From assembly GCA_965206645.1 (NCBI GenBank), contig CBDBKE010000004.1, forward strand, positions 96,001 to 160,000: a DNA stretch of 64,000 nucleotides, given 5' to 3'. The notes under the pieces were generated by a model. That model was not told where the DNA came from and searched no databases. It saw only the letters and a list, made by a program, of their open reading frames with translations. Source of the DNA: Terriglobia bacterium (lineage in GTDB: Bacteria > Acidobacteriota > Terriglobia > JAJPHL01 > JAPKYU01). A program made the position numbers and the translations under genes. Positions 1-11,818 of the stretch are shown here, in pieces (within the stretch, counting starts at the first letter, position 1; every line of letters begins with the position of its first letter).

Positions 1-1725
1 CAGTGCAGTCAGGGCCAGTCCCAAATTTGCATGGGCGGAGGCCGAGGCTGGGCTCAGTCGCGTGGCCTTGCGCAGATGAAGCACAGCTTGCTTCAGCCTT
101 CCGACTTCAAACAAAGCCGCGCCCAGATTGTTGTGGCCCTGGGCAAAATCCGGGTCCGAGGCCAGAGCTTGCCGGTACGCGGAGATGGCACGATCCAGCT
201 CGCCCGTCTGCCCGTAGGCCACGGCGAGGTTATTCAGCGACAGCGCAGCGAAGCCAGGATTGTCCTGTTCCTGGGCCAGATCTATCGACAGCTGATATTG
301 GGCCAAAGCCTTGTCCCGTTCGCCCAAGCGCCAGTAGACGAACCCGAGAGAATTGTGCGTGAAAGGATCGCGAGGCGCCAGGCTCACCATAGCCTGGGTG
401 TGAGGCAGCGCCTCGCTGGCCATGCCACGGCGCAAATAGGCATCGGCCAGCATTGGGCGAATTACTTCGGATTCACCCTCATTCTTCAGCTCATGCAGGT
501 AAAAGCCAATTTCGTCGCGCCACTGCTGGTTCCGCAGCACGGTCCGCCCGCTGTAGGCTAGCATCAGGGCCAAGCTCAAGCCCACCACGGGTCTCCAACC
601 CACTCGGAAGGCCAGGCGGTCCAGCGCCGCTGCCAGGAGCCAGCAAAATCCCACCGAAGGCAAGTAGAGATAGCGCTCGCCAAGCCAGAAGCCTTTTCCC
701 AACAGGGTGGTCGGCGGAAAAGAGGGCAGCAGGACTACGAGGAACAGCACCACAGCCAGCCATTCCGGTTGGTGGCGCCGGTAGAGCCAGATGCCCAGTG
801 CGACCCAGCCCCCGGCGATGACCAATCCTGCGAGCACATTCGGCTCCAGCAGGCTGCTGGGAGGGGACATGACGTGAAAGCTGCTGAGCCTTAGGGGAAA
901 GACGGCACGTGCGGTGTATTCGTAGACCAGGACGATCCAGCCGAGCACCATCTGACCGCGGCTGCCTTTGAACCCCCAGGAGACGGGAATTAGGCCCTCC
1001 AGCGCATACCAGCGCATCCCCAGATAGACTGCCGTGGCCACGGCCATAGCCGCATACGGGAACAGGCGGGCGCGCAGCAGGGAAAGGGGCCACCGCTGCC
1101 GTTCCAACATCTCGTAGATGACCAGCAGGAGCGGCAGCGTAAAGCCAATTTCCTTGGTCAACAAGGCGAGCAGCAGGCACGCTGCCAGGCAGGTCTCTTG
1201 AGCGTAGCGGCGCCACCCATGAGTCTGCTCGGCGCGCAGGTAGAGCTGAAAGCCTGCGAGCATCAGCAGGCTGCACAACAGATCGGGAAACGCTGAGATC
1301 CAGGCGACTGCTTCCGTGTGGATTGGGTGCACGGCGAACAACAGCGCGGCCAGCCACGCCACTGTCGCGTTCGGCTGGATGCGGCGCAGCCAGAAAAACA
1401 CCAGCAGGGTGACACCAGCGTGCAGCAGGATGCTCAGCGCATGATAGCCGGCCGGATTTTCGCGGAACATCCGCCACCAGAAATAAAGGACGGTGTGCAT
1501 CAACGGCCGGTAGTAGTTGGTGAGGCTCTCCTTCTGCAGAAAGGCCCAGACGTTGGTGGTGAAGATTTTCTTCAAGCCGTCGCGCTGGCGCAGGAAGCCG
1601 TTGTCAACAATCTGCTGGCGATCGTCAATGACGAACGCGTTGGGCAGCGTATTGAGATACACAAGGCTGGCCAGCAGAGCCACCAGCAAGCCGGCACGCC
1701 ATGGCGCGAGGCGGGGCAGGTTCAC
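1..1725 (-). CDS. TMTC-like GT-C membrane glycosyltransferase with C-terminal TPRs (3' end runs off the window)
   Basis: Absent from the ORF track because there is no stop in the window. Read by hand from GTG at 1725, which overlaps the TGA of the upstream gene: MNLPRLAPW..NAFVIDDRQQIVDNGFL..NYYRPLMH..LFAVHPIHTEAVAWISAFP..TKE..GERYLYLPSVGF, then TPRs (HNSLGFVY, LNNLAVAY, HNNLGAAL). Paralog of 3689-5656. Confidence 0.85.
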   Translation of the reverse strand, partial: MNLPRLAPWRAGLLVALLASLVYLNTLPNAFVIDDRQQIVDNGFLRQRDGLKKIFTTNVWAFLQKESLTNYYRPLMHTVLYFWWRMFRENPAGYHALSILLHAGVTLLVFFWLRRIQPNATVAWLAALLFAVHPIHTEAVAWISAFPDLLCSLLMLAGFQLYLRAEQTHGWRRYAQETCLAACLLLALLTKEIGFTLPLLLVIYEMLERQRWPLSLLRARLFPYAAMAVATAVYLGMRWYALEGLIPVSWGFKGSRGQMVLGWIVLVYEYTARAVFPLRLSSFHVMSPPSSLLEPNVLAGLVIAGGWVALGIWLYRRHQPEWLAVVLFLVVLLPSFPPTTLLGKGFWLGERYLYLPSVGFCWLLAAALDRLAFRVGWRPVVGLSLALMLAYSGRTVLRNQQWRDEIGFYLHELKNEGESEVIRPMLADAYLRRGMASEALPHTQAMVSLAPRDPFTHNSLGFVYWRLGERDKALAQYQLSIDLAQEQDNPGFAALSLNNLAVAYGQTGELDRAISAYRQALASDPDFAQGHNNLGAALFEVGRLKQAVLHLRKATRLSPASASAHANLGLALTAL

Positions 1726-3692
1726 GGCTGTGCCTCGTGCGCGCGCAGGGCGGCCATGCCGGCCAGTGCCCGCGCGTTCTGCGGGTGGAGCTGGAGAGCT
1801 CGCCAGAAACGCCGCTGCGCCGCGCGCTCCTCTCCCCGCGCAAGGTGAATCTCCCCGATGCGCGCGTGCACTTCCGGATTGTTGGGACTGAGCCGCTCGG
1901 CTTGCGCCAGGGCCGCCAGCGCTGCCCCCCATTGGCCTCTCATGGCGTATGCCAGCCCGAGGTTGGCATGAGCTTGCCCCAGTGTGGGGTCGCGTTGGAT
2001 AGCGGCGCGAAAGTTGCCGCGCTGCCTCCTCCACTTCTCCCTCCAGCAATAAGGCGAAGCCGAGGTTGTTGCGGGCGGCGGCGAATTTTGGGTCGAGCTG
2101 CAGCGCTTGTTGATAGGCAGCGATGGCCTCCCGGTTGCGCTCCTGCGAGCGGTAGACGATCCCGATGTTGTACCACGCACGGGCGGCGGAATCGGGCCGG
2201 TTGTCCTGCAGGGACAGTTCGGCCGCGTAGCGGTAGTGAACGAGGGCAGTTTCCTGCTGTCCAAGCAGCCAGTAGGCTTGGCCCAGACTGTTGTGGATAT
2301 CGGTATGGCCAGGCCGCAAGCGCAGAGCTTCCCGCAACGCGGCTGTTGCTTCCAGTGGCTTCTGCTGCCGTAGTAACGCCTCGCCCCCCACCAGGTGCAG
2401 ATGGAAAGATGCAAGCGCATGCGCCAGCCCCTCTCGGAACAGATTCACTTCGTCACGCCAGTCGTCCATACGGGCCGCGCTGCGGCCGGTGTAGGCGGCC
2501 AGCACAAGCACGGCCAGCAGTGTGGCCGTGCGTACACCGCGCCGCTCCGCCAGTTTCACCAGGCCTGCCGCCAGCAGCCAGCAGAATGCCGCCGACGGCA
2601 GGTAGGCTGCCCTCTCGATCATCAGCAGTCCGGTAAAATGTAGGGCAGCTGGAAGACAGGCAGCAGCGGCAACAGGTACATCGCCGGAGCCAGCGCTTCA
2701 GGTAGCCGCCGGCGATAGAGCCAAACGGCCAGGCCGGTAAAGCCCGCCAGGGAAAGCCAACCCGCCACCACCGCCGGTTCCAGCGGGCTGCGATTCGGCT
2801 CGTAGTAGCGGAAAAAGATCAGATCCATCGGCCAGAGGAACAAGACCAGATAGCGATAGAACAAGGCGACCGAGGTCCAGAGCTGCTCGGTCCAGGGGAC
2901 CGCGATCTGCCTCGGAACCGGAAGCAACCCACCCAAGGCATGGACGCGCATCGCCAGGTATAGCAAGGTTGCGGCGCTTAGGGCGGCGTACTCGGGCCAG
3001 CGTTGCTGCAATTGTCTCCGCAGGCTGAGGCGCTGCACCAGAAATTCATAAGCCAGGATGACCACAGGCATCAGCACGCCGATTTCTTTCGAGAGCTGAG
3101 CCAGCAGCAGGCTCCCTCCCATGGCCAGCGCAAGCAACGCACGGCGCAGGCCGTAGGCCTCGACGGCGCGCAAGTACAACCAAAAAGCCAGCAAGGAAAA
3201 CAAGGAGCTGAGCAACTCAGGCGAGCAGGAGATCCAGGCCACCACTTCTGTATGCGCCGGATGCACGGCAAACATCAGTCCGGCCACCATGCCCACTGCA
3301 TGTCGCCCGGAAAGGCGGCGCACCACGCCTGCCACCAATAGACTAACGCCGACGTGCAGCGTCAGGCAGAACAAGTGAAACCAGGCCGGATTGAGCCCAA
3401 ACAACCGGTACAGGAGATAGTGGAAGCTGTGCATCACCGGGCGGTAGTAGTTTCCCAGGATGATGTGCGCCGGGCCGAGGAAGTCTCACACGCTGCCGCC
3501 GAAAAACTTGCGCAGTGCCTGCGGATGTCTCAGGTAGGAATTTTGGACAATGCTGTTCCAGTCATCATAAGCAAAGGGATTCAGGATGACGCCCAGGTGC
3601 GGGAGGGTGGCCAGTGCGGCAATGGCGATCCAGGGCCAGGGAGAATCGGACGATGCGAACGCGGTGCGAATGCGTCCTCACGGGGAATTCAC
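1722..3692 (-). pseudogene. Disrupted TMTC-like glycosyltransferase-TPR paralog
   Basis: The frame from GTG at 3692 has in-frame TGA at 3678-3680 and 3486-3488 (GSV*DFLG where a paralog has TNVWAFL), plus frameshifts near 2635 and near 2012. Motifs FAYDDW, YYRPVMH, HPAHTEVVAWIS, IERAAYLPS and TPRs are recognisable across frames (ORF pieces 2622-3437 and 1722-2420). Confidence 0.85.
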
Positions 3693-5656
3693 TGTGCCTC
3701 CCGAGTCGCGCGGAGCCCGGAACGCGCGCGGTCGTTGCCAGGGTCCAATTGCAGGGCCAGGGAAAACTCGCGGCGGGCGAGGGTAAGCTTGCCGCGCGCC
3801 AAGTGGACCTCGCCCAGGCGGGCGTGCACCTCACTGCTGCTTGGATTCAACCTCTCGGCCTGGCGCAGATGAGCCAGAGCCACCTCCCACTCCTGGTTTT
3901 CTGCATACGCCAACCCCAGGTTGGATTGCGCCACGTCCAGCGTGGGCTCCAGTTCCAGGGCCTGACGGAAGTGGCGGATCGCTTCCTCACGCCGGCCTTG
4001 CACCAACAGCGCGTACCCCAGGTTGTTGTGGGCACTGGCGAAGTGGGGATCCACCGCCAGCGCCTGGCGGGAAGCGGCCAGCGCTTCCTCCAAGCTCCCT
4101 TGCTGGCGGTACAGCACCCCCAGGTTGGCCAGGGCGCGGGATTGAACGAAGCGGTTTCTCCGGCGCTCGGCCAGTGTGGCGGCACGCTGGAAATGGCGGA
4201 TGGCAGCCTCCTGATCCCCCTGCCGCCAGCGGATGAGCCCCAGGTTGACGTGCGGGTCGGGATAGGTGGGCGACAAGCGCGCGGCGGCGTGGGTAGCCTC
4301 CAGCGCCTCCGGCAGCCGGTTCCGTCGCAGCAAAGCCTCGCCGAGGTTCAGATAGGCGTGCGGGAAGCCTGGGAAGGCGTGGACAGTGCGTTGGTAGAAC
4401 GCCACCTCGTCGGCCCAATCTCTATTTCGGAGGACCGTACGCACCGAGCAGGCGACCAGCACAATTACAAACAGGACGCCCAGGGGACGGTATCCCCAGC
4501 GATCGGCTGCCGCGATCAGGCCGGCTGCCAGCAGCCAGCAGAACCCCACGGAGGGCAGGTAGAGGTAGCGCTCGGCCATCAACCAGCCGATGGAAGAGTA
4601 AGGCAGAAGGAAGGCCGGAGCCAGCGGGAGCAGGTACAGGGCCACCGCCAAGACTTCCGGGTGCCGGCGGCGGTAGAGCCACCATCCCAGTACAGCGGTA
4701 GCCAGCAGCGTGGCCAGGCCAGCCAGCACTATTGGTTCCAGCGGGCTGCGGTTGCGCTCCAGGTAGTGAAAGGCATGCAGCTCGAGCGGCCAGACCTGCA
4801 CCCAGAAGTAGCGAAAGAAGAGTCCCACTGCAGTCCAAAGATGCTCAGCGGCAGGAATGGGGTCCTGCGACGCCGGCATCAAGGTCTTCAGAGCGTGCAA
4901 GCGCGCGGCCAGATAGCCGGCGGCCGCCACAGCAAACGAGGCGTAGGCCGGCCAGACGGCCCGCAGTGCAACGCGCCAAGGCGCGCGGCGCACCAGCAGT
5001 TCATAGCAAGCCAGCAGCAGCGGCACTGCGACCGCGATCTCCTTGGCCAGCAGAGCTAATAGGAAAACCGGCCCGGTCAGCATGAGAAGGGCCACGCGTG
5101 CTTTGCCCTGCGCCTGCTCGGCGCGCAAATACAGCCAGAGGACCAGCAGGGTTAGGAAAGCACACAGTAGTTCGGGGTAAGCGGAGATCCAGGCTACCGC
5201 TTCGGTGTGCACCGGGTGTGCGGCAAACAATAGGGCTGCGACAACGGCTGTGAGGCGGCGGCCTGAGAGCCGAGCAATCACGGCGTAGACCAGCAGGCAA
5301 ATAGCGGCGTGTAACAGGATCGACAGTGTGTGGTAGCCGGCGGGGTTGAGCCCGGAGAGCCGGAACATCAGGTAAAAGGCGCTGTGCATCAGCGGCCGGT
5401 AGAAGTTGCTCACCGCCACTGGGCCCATAAACTCCAGCACGCCGGTGGTGAAAATTTCCCGCAGGCCGTCGGACCGGCGCAGAAACGGGTTTTCCACCAC
5501 CTGCTGCCAGTCGTCAAAGATGAAGGTATTAGGGAGAACGTTGAGGTAGAGGATCACCGCCAGCGTGGCGACGGCGACCAGCAGCCGGGAGGTCTTTACC
5601 GAGGAAAGGTGCCAGGGGTGGGTCGTCTTCGATGTCGAGGAGTGTCCCACGAGCAA
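3689..5656 (-). CDS. TMTC-like GT-C membrane glycosyltransferase with TPRs
   Basis: 655 aa. Motifs TFIFDDWQQVVENPFL, FYRPLMH, AHPVHTEAVAWIS, LAKE, AERYLYLPSVGF; many TM segments followed by TPR repeats. Exact start uncertain. Confidence 0.88.
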   Translation of the reverse strand: MLVGHSSTSKTTHPWHLSSVKTSRLLVAVATLAVILYLNVLPNTFIFDDWQQVVENPFLRRSDGLREIFTTGVLEFMGPVAVSNFYRPLMHSAFYLMFRLSGLNPAGYHTLSILLHAAICLLVYAVIARLSGRRLTAVVAALLFAAHPVHTEAVAWISAYPELLCAFLTLLVLWLYLRAEQAQGKARVALLMLTGPVFLLALLAKEIAVAVPLLLACYELLVRRAPWRVALRAVWPAYASFAVAAAGYLAARLHALKTLMPASQDPIPAAEHLWTAVGLFFRYFWVQVWPLELHAFHYLERNRSPLEPIVLAGLATLLATAVLGWWLYRRRHPEVLAVALYLLPLAPAFLLPYSSIGWLMAERYLYLPSVGFCWLLAAGLIAAADRWGYRPLGVLFVIVLVACSVRTVLRNRDWADEVAFYQRTVHAFPGFPHAYLNLGEALLRRNRLPEALEATHAAARLSPTYPDPHVNLGLIRWRQGDQEAAIRHFQRAATLAERRRNRFVQSRALANLGVLYRQQGSLEEALAASRQALAVDPHFASAHNNLGYALLVQGRREEAIRHFRQALELEPTLDVAQSNLGLAYAENQEWEVALAHLRQAERLNPSSSEVHARLGEVHLARGKLTLARREFSLALQLDPGNDRARSGLRATREAQ

Positions 5657-5787
5657 GGCCGTTCAGCCAGCGGATATTTTATCACCCGGCCTGAGTGAGC
5701 ATCACGCCTGCCAAATCCCACTCTGAAATGAAGAAAGCGCTGGCGGGAAATTCACGGCCGAGAACACCAGACCACTCGGCAAAAAGG

Positions 5788-7038
5788 CTAGCCGACGTTC
5801 ATGGACTTGAGGAACTCGGCGTTGGATTTGGTGCGGGCCATTTTGTCCAGCAGCAGCTCCATGGCCTCGACCGGCGACAGCGGGTTGAGCACCTTGCGCA
5901 GCACCCAGACCCGGTTCAGGTCGTCCTTAGAAAGCAGCAGCTCCTCCTTGCGGGTGCCGCTCTTGTTGATGTCGATGGCCGGGAAGACGCGCTTGTCCAC
6001 CAGCTTGCGCTCCAGGTTCACCTCCATGTTGCCGGTCCCCTTGAACTCCTCAAAGATCACGTCGTCCATGCGGCTGCCGGTGTCGACCAGGGCGGTGGCG
6101 ATGATGGTCAGCGAGCCACCCTCCTCGATGTTGCGGGCCGCGCCGAAGAAGCGCTTGGGGCGCTGCAGCGCGTTGGAGTCCACGCCGCCCGACAGCACCT
6201 TGCCCGAGGGGGGCACGATGATGTTGTAAGCGCGGGCCAGCCGGGTGATGGAGTCGAGCAGGATCACCACGTCGCGCTTGTGCTCCACCAGCCGCTTGGC
6301 TTTCTCCATCACCATCTCGGTCACCTGCACGTGGCGAGTGGCGGGCTCATCAAAGGTCGAGCTGATGACCTCGCCCTTGACCGAGCGCTGCATGTCGGTG
6401 ACCTCCTCGGGCCGCTCGTCAATCAGCAGCACGATCAGGGTGATCTCGGGATGGTTGGTGGTGATGGAGTTGGCGATCGACTGCAGCAGCATGGTCTTGC
6501 CGGTGCGGGGCGGCGAGACGATCAACCCGCGCTGGCCCTTGCCCAGCGGGGTCAGCAAGTCCATCACCCGCGAGGAGAGGTTCTCCCGCGTGGTTTCCAG
6601 CTTGACCTGCTCGTTGGGATACAGCGGGGTCAGGTTGTCGAAGAAGATCTTGTTGCGAGTCTCTTCGGGCGACTCGAAGTTGACCGCCTCGATCTTCACC
6701 AAGGCAAAGTACTTTTCCGCCTCCTTCGGGGGGCGGACCTGGCCGCTGACGGTGTCACCGGTGCGCAGGTCAAAGCGGCGAATCTGCGAGGGCGAAACGT
6801 AGACGTCATCCGGGCTGGGCAAGTAGTTGTAGTCGGGGCTGCGGAGAAAGCCGAAGCCATCGGGCAGCGTCTCCAGCACCCCTTCGGAAAACACCAGGCC
6901 GTTTTTCTCCGCCTCCGCCTGCAGGAGGCGGAAGATCAGGTCCTGCTTGCGCATGCCAGATGCGCCGGCGACGTTGTGGTCTTTGGCCAACTGGGTCAGC
7001 CGGCCGATGTTCAATTCCTTTAGTTGCGTGAGGTTCAT
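5788..7038 (-). CDS. rho: Transcription termination factor Rho
   Basis: [47 protein letters not shown] motifs. Confidence 0.98.
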   Translation of the reverse strand: MNLTQLKELNIGRLTQLAKDHNVAGASGMRKQDLIFRLLQAEAEKNGLVFSEGVLETLPDGFGFLRSPDYNYLPSPDDVYVSPSQIRRFDLRTGDTVSGQVRPPKEAEKYFALVKIEAVNFESPEETRNKIFFDNLTPLYPNEQVKLETTRENLSSRVMDLLTPLGKGQRGLIVSPPRTGKTMLLQSIANSITTNHPEITLIVLLIDERPEEVTDMQRSVKGEVISSTFDEPATRHVQVTEMVMEKAKRLVEHKRDVVILLDSITRLARAYNIIVPPSGKVLSGGVDSNALQRPKRFFGAARNIEEGGSLTIIATALVDTGSRMDDVIFEEFKGTGNMEVNLERKLVDKRVFPAIDINKSGTRKEELLLSKDDLNRVWVLRKVLNPLSPVEAMELLLDKMARTKSNAEFLKSMNVG

Positions 7039-7189
7039 AAACTATTGGATGCACCCCCGACCGTGCCCTGTCCTCCACTGGTGAAGCGGCTCGGGTCTTC
7101 GGGGGAACCAGCCTGCGACGCCGGGTCGGCGCCGAAATTTGCAGAGCGCGGTTGCGCCGTGCGATGCCTCCTGATGACGGCTCGGAGTC

Positions 7190-9601
7190 CTATTGCGTGA
7201 TCCGGTCCTGTTCAGGCACCGTGGGTTGAAAGTCGGGGGTCGCCGGAATCGGCGACTCGGCAGGCGTCCCGACCAGGGGTCGTTCCAGTGCGACCTGCAG
7301 AACTTCGTCCATGGTTTCCACGGCGTGGATTTTCATTACCTCGAGGATGTTGGCCGGAGCATCGGCGAGATCTTTTTCATTGTCTTTCGGGATGATGACC
7401 TCGAAGAGCCCCGTGCGGTGGGCAGCCAGTAACTTCTCCTTGAGACCGCCGATGGGCAGCACTTTGCCGCGCAGCGTGATTTCTCCGGTCATGGCCAGGC
7501 CGCGGCGAACGGCGATGCGGGTGAGCGCGCTGACAATAGCCACTGCGATGGTAATGCCGGCCGAGGGCCCGTCCTTGGGAATGGCGCCCTCCGGCACGTG
7601 GACGTGGAAGTCCCGATGGCGATAAAAGTCGTTCTCCAGGCCCAGTTGGGCGCTGCGCGAGCGCACATAGCTCATGGCGGCCTGAGCCGATTCCTGCATC
7701 ACGTCGCCCAGCTTGCCGGTCAGTGTCAGCTTCCCCTTGCCCTCCATCAGGGTGACTTCAGTGGCCAGGATTTGCCCCCCGACCTCTGTCCAGGCCAGTC
7801 CCATTGCCAGCCCCACCTCGTTCTTCTCTTCGGCCTGGGTGTCTCGGAACTTGATCACGCCCAGGTATTCCTTCAGGTCTTCCGGACTGGTCTGAATACG
7901 GATGTTCCGCCCTTCCTTGATCACCCTGCGGGCCACCTTGCGGCAGACGTTGGCGATTTCTCGTTCCAGGTTGCGCACGCCGGCCTCACGCGTGTAGTGC
8001 TGAATGATGCTGGAGAGCGATTCGTCAACGAACCCCAGGTTTTGTTCGCTTAACCCGGTGGCCTCGCGCTGCTTCTTGACTAGGAATCGCTTGGCGATCT
8101 CGATTTTTTCCAGCTCGGTATAGCCCACCAGGCGGATGACTTCCATGCGGTCCTGGAGCGCGGGAGGAATCGTGTGCAGGACGTTGGCGGTGGTGATGAA
8201 GAAGACCTGGCTGAGGTTGTACTCCACGTCCAGGTAGTGATCCATGAACATGTAGTTCTGTTCCGGATCGAGCACCTCCAGCAGCGCCGCCGAAGGATCG
8301 CCTCGGAAGTCCATGCTCATCTTGTCCACTTCGTCCAGCATGAAGACCGGGTTGCGGGTTCCGGCCTTCTTCATCATCTGAAGGATCTGGCCGGGCAGGG
8401 CGCCGATGTAGGTGCGGCGGTGACCACGAATTTCGGCTTCGTCCCGGACGCCGCCCAGCGAGAGGCGCACAAATTTGCGCCCGGTGGCGCGGGCGATGGA
8501 CATGCCTAGCGAGGTCTTGCCCACTCCCGGCGGTCCCACAAAGCACAGGATCGAGCCGCGCGGGCTCTTCACCAGGCGGCGCACGGCCAGAAACTCCAGG
8601 ATTCGCTCCTTGATCTTCTCCAGTCCGTAGTGATCTTTTTCCAGGATGTGCTCGGCACGGGACATGTCCCGGATCTCTTTGGTTTTCTTTTTCCAGGGGA
8701 CGGCCAGCAGCCAATCCAGGTAGTTGCGGCTGACGGTGGATTCGGCTGACATGGGCGGCATCAGCTCTAGTTTTTTCAGCTCCTGGACGGCCTTCTCGTG
8801 AGCTTCCTTGGTCATGCCGGCCTCGTCGATTTTCTTCTTCAGCTCGTCCAGTTCGCTCTTCTCGCCGCGTCCCAGCTCCTTCTGAATGGCCTTGATCTTT
8901 TCGTTCAGGTAATACTCTTTCTGGGCCCGTTCCATCTGGCGCTTGACCCGACCCTGGATGCTGCGGTCCACGCTGAGCTTCTCGATCTCGAGGTCGAGCA
9001 CGTCACCGATCCGCTGCAGCCGATCCAGCGGATCAAGAATCTCCAGCAGCTCCTGCTTCTCCTCGATAGCCAATTGCAGGTTGGCGGCGATGGTATCGGC
9101 CAGTTTGCCAGGGTCGTCCACCCGGACGGCGGCGATCATCGTCTCGTAATTCAGGTTCTGGCTGAGCTTGACGTATTGCTCGAAAAGCGCCGTGACGCGC
9201 TGGGTCAGTGTCCCCACCTGCGGACTCTGCTCAGTACGATAAGTAACGGTGCGGGCGATGGCGCGGAAGAAGCCCTCTTCGTCGCTGAGGCTGACCACCC
9301 GGGCGCGCTCCTGACCTTCCACCAGAACCTTGATGTTGCCGTCCGGCAGCTTCACGCTTTGCACGATGTTGGCCACCGTGCCCACCTGGTAAATCTCGTT
9401 GGGCTTGGGCTCTTCCACCGAAGCGTCGTGCTGCGTAGCCAGAAAGATTTTCTTGTCCGCGGCCAGCGCTTCTTCCAGGGCGCGAATGGAGCTTTCGCGG
9501 CCCACCACGAACGGGGTCATCATGTGCGGGAACATGACCACGTCCCGGATGGGCATCATCGGCAGCCGCCGGGTTTCCACTTTTTCACGCTCTGTTGCCA
9601 T
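7190..9601 (-). CDS. lon: ATP-dependent protease La
   Basis: LON N-domain, GPPGVGKTS Walker A, PKDGPSAG catalytic Ser, GGLKEK catalytic Lys. Confidence 0.98.
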   Translation of the reverse strand: MATEREKVETRRLPMMPIRDVVMFPHMMTPFVVGRESSIRALEEALAADKKIFLATQHDASVEEPKPNEIYQVGTVANIVQSVKLPDGNIKVLVEGQERARVVSLSDEEGFFRAIARTVTYRTEQSPQVGTLTQRVTALFEQYVKLSQNLNYETMIAAVRVDDPGKLADTIAANLQLAIEEKQELLEILDPLDRLQRIGDVLDLEIEKLSVDRSIQGRVKRQMERAQKEYYLNEKIKAIQKELGRGEKSELDELKKKIDEAGMTKEAHEKAVQELKKLELMPPMSAESTVSRNYLDWLLAVPWKKKTKEIRDMSRAEHILEKDHYGLEKIKERILEFLAVRRLVKSPRGSILCFVGPPGVGKTSLGMSIARATGRKFVRLSLGGVRDEAEIRGHRRTYIGALPGQILQMMKKAGTRNPVFMLDEVDKMSMDFRGDPSAALLEVLDPEQNYMFMDHYLDVEYNLSQVFFITTANVLHTIPPALQDRMEVIRLVGYTELEKIEIAKRFLVKKQREATGLSEQNLGFVDESLSSIIQHYTREAGVRNLEREIANVCRKVARRVIKEGRNIRIQTSPEDLKEYLGVIKFRDTQAEEKNEVGLAMGLAWTEVGGQILATEVTLMEGKGKLTLTGKLGDVMQESAQAAMSYVRSRSAQLGLENDFYRHRDFHVHVPEGAIPKDGPSAGITIAVAIVSALTRIAVRRGLAMTGEITLRGKVLPIGGLKEKLLAAHRTGLFEVIIPKDNEKDLADAPANILEVMKIHAVETMDEVLQVALERPLVGTPAESPIPATPDFQPTVPEQDRITQ

Positions 9602-9683
9602 AGGTATAATCGGGCTCGTCCCAAGCCCCTGTCGCCCCTCAATCGTGCCAGTGGGCGACCCCAGCGGGCCGGGGACGCAAACT

Positions 9684-10952
9684 CTACCCCGCCTTCTCCA
9701 TATAGTTTGACATATTTATCTGCTGAGATTCCACCATTTCCTTGGTCACCGTGAACTCGCGCACCTTCCGGTACGACGGCAGGTGGTACATGACCTCCAT
9801 CATCAGGTCTTCCAGGATCATCCGCAGGCCGCGGGCGCCGACGCGCCGGGTCTGGGCCACATCGGCGATGGCTTCCAGCGCCTCAGTGGTGAACTTGAGT
9901 CGCACGTTCTCATATTCGAATAGCTTCTGGTACTGGCGGACAATGGCGTTTTTGGGGCGGACCAGGATCTCCACCAGCGACTGCTTGTCCAGTTCCTGCA
10001 GCACGCCAATCACCGAGACGCGGCCAACGAACTCCGGGATCAGCCCATATTTGATCAGGTCCACCGGCTGCAACTGTTCCAGTAGCTCGATTTCTCGGCG
10101 CCCGCTGGCGGTGACCGCAGTCGGCCCCGCTTCGGCCCGGAATCCCATTGCCTTATTCCCCGTGCGGTGGGCGATAACTTTTTCCAAGCCGACGAACGCC
10201 CCGCCGGAAATGAACAGGATATTGGTCGTATCCACCTGGGTGAATTCCTGGTGCGGGTGCTTGCGGCCGCCCTGCGGCGGGACATTGGAGACCGTCCCTT
10301 CCAGGATCTTCAGCAGGGCCTGCTGCACCCCTTCGCCGGAGACGTCACGGGTGATCGAAGGATTCTCGTCCTTGCGGCAGATCTTGTCCACTTCGTCAAT
10401 GTAGATGATGCCCTGCTGCGCGCGGGCCACGTCGCCTTCGGCGTTCTGCAGCAGGCGGAGCAGGATGTTTTCCACGTCCTCGCCCACATAGCCGGCCTCG
10501 GTCAAGGTGGTGGCGTCGACGATGGCGAAGGGCACCTCGAGCAGGCGGGCCAGGGTCTGCGCCAGCAGGGTCTTGCCCGTACCGGTGGGGCCGATCAACA
10601 GGATGTTGGATTTGGTCAGCTCCACATCGCTGTGCCGCTGCCGCGCCAGCTGGATTCGCTTGTAGTGGTTGTAGACGGCGACGGCCAGTTTCTTTTTGGT
10701 CTTCTCCTGGCCGATCACGTACTGGTCCAGGAATTCCTTGACCTCCTCGGGCTTGGGGAGTTGCTGCAGCCGGCCCGCTGACGACTCGCCGTGGTCGTCC
10801 TCCAGAATCGAGTTGCAGACCGTCACGCATTCATCGCAAATGTAGGCCCGTGAGTAGTCGTTGGGCGAAGAAATGAGCTTACCCACCACGTCCTGGGTCT
10901 TGTGGCAGAACGAACATCTTAAGATTTCGTCTGATCCGCTGCGTTTGACCAC
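9684..10952 (-). CDS. clpX: Clp protease ATP-binding subunit ClpX
   Basis: CSFC..ICDEC zinc finger, [26 protein letters not shown]. Start placed at GTG 10952 behind an AAGGAG RBS. Confidence 0.97.
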   Translation of the reverse strand: MVKRSGSDEILRCSFCHKTQDVVGKLISSPNDYSRAYICDECVTVCNSILEDDHGESSAGRLQQLPKPEEVKEFLDQYVIGQEKTKKKLAVAVYNHYKRIQLARQRHSDVELTKSNILLIGPTGTGKTLLAQTLARLLEVPFAIVDATTLTEAGYVGEDVENILLRLLQNAEGDVARAQQGIIYIDEVDKICRKDENPSITRDVSGEGVQQALLKILEGTVSNVPPQGGRKHPHQEFTQVDTTNILFISGGAFVGLEKVIAHRTGNKAMGFRAEAGPTAVTASGRREIELLEQLQPVDLIKYGLIPEFVGRVSVIGVLQELDKQSLVEILVRPKNAIVRQYQKLFEYENVRLKFTTEALEAIADVAQTRRVGARGLRMILEDLMMEVMYHLPSYRKVREFTVTKEMVESQQINMSNYMEKAG

Positions 10953-11203
10953 AGCCGCTCCTTTTGTCCCTCGCCGACCGCCTTCCAACTATACTATTGG
11001 CCCACTATACTACCGGCCTCGGAAATCCTACCAGAGGGTATAGCTCCTTTGCTCCCATTAGAGGACCAATCCAGAGGTGACGAACTTGGAACTCTCCTCT
11101 GCCGCCGGTTGCTTCATCGTCGCTTCATCGCTGCTTCATCTGGGAGGACCACCGTCTAGCCGGGAGGGCCATCCCGTTCCGACCCTGCCGGTGCTCCCAG
11201 AGC

Positions 11204-11818
11204 TTAGCGGTTCTTAAAGATGATTTCGTCAATCAGCCCGTAATCTTTAGCCTGCGAGGAGTTCATGATGAAGTCGCGGTCGACATCACGCTCGATCTTC
11301 TCCACTGCCTGGCCGGTGTGGAGGGCCAGCAGCTCGTTCATAATCTGGCGCCAGCGCAGGATTTCCCGCGCCTGGATGTCAATGTCGGTGGCCTGGCCCG
11401 ACAGCCCACCGGAAGGCTGGTGGATCAGAACGCGCGAGTTGGGCAGGACAAACCGCTTGCCCTTGGTGCCAGCTGCCAGCGTCAGAGCCGCCATCGAGGC
11501 AGCCTGGCCGATGCAGATGGTGCTCACGTCGGGCCGGATGAACTGCATCGTGTCGTAAATGGCCATTCCGGCCGTGATGGAACCGCCTGGGCTGTTGATA
11601 TAAAGAGAGATATCCCTTTCCGGATCATTAGCTTCCAGATACAGCAACTGGGCCGTGACCACGTTGGCGATGTTGTCGTCAATCGGGGTCCCAATAAAAA
11701 TGATGTTGTCTCGAAGCAGGCGGGAATAAATGTCGTAGGCGCGCTCTCCCCGGCTGGTCTGCTCTACGACCATGGGGATCAGTGCGGAGCGAAATTGTGG
11801 GAAGCGGAGCCGATTCAT
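11204..11818 (-). CDS. clpP: Clp protease proteolytic subunit
   Basis: [38 protein letters not shown]. Confidence 0.98.
   Translation of the reverse strand: MNRLRFPQFRSALIPMVVEQTSRGERAYDIYSRLLRDNIIFIGTPIDDNIANVVTAQLLYLEANDPERDISLYINSPGGSITAGMAIYDTMQFIRPDVSTICIGQAASMAALTLAAGTKGKRFVLPNSRVLIHQPSGGLSGQATDIDIQAREILRWRQIMNELLALHTGQAVEKIERDVDRDFIMNSSQAKDYGLIDEIIFKNR

Noticed and set aside
3486-3680. In-frame TGA codons as recoding (Trp or selenocysteine)
   Set aside because: The same gene has two frameshifts, and TGA is a normal stop throughout the window (many GTGA/ATGA overlaps). A pseudogene is the simpler explanation.
5695-7023. Long opposite-strand ORFs (442 aa over rho; similar ones over tig, lon, pdxS, arsS and the GT genes)
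   Set aside because: Shadow ORFs expected in high-GC coding DNA; they have no motifs and fully overlap confident genes.
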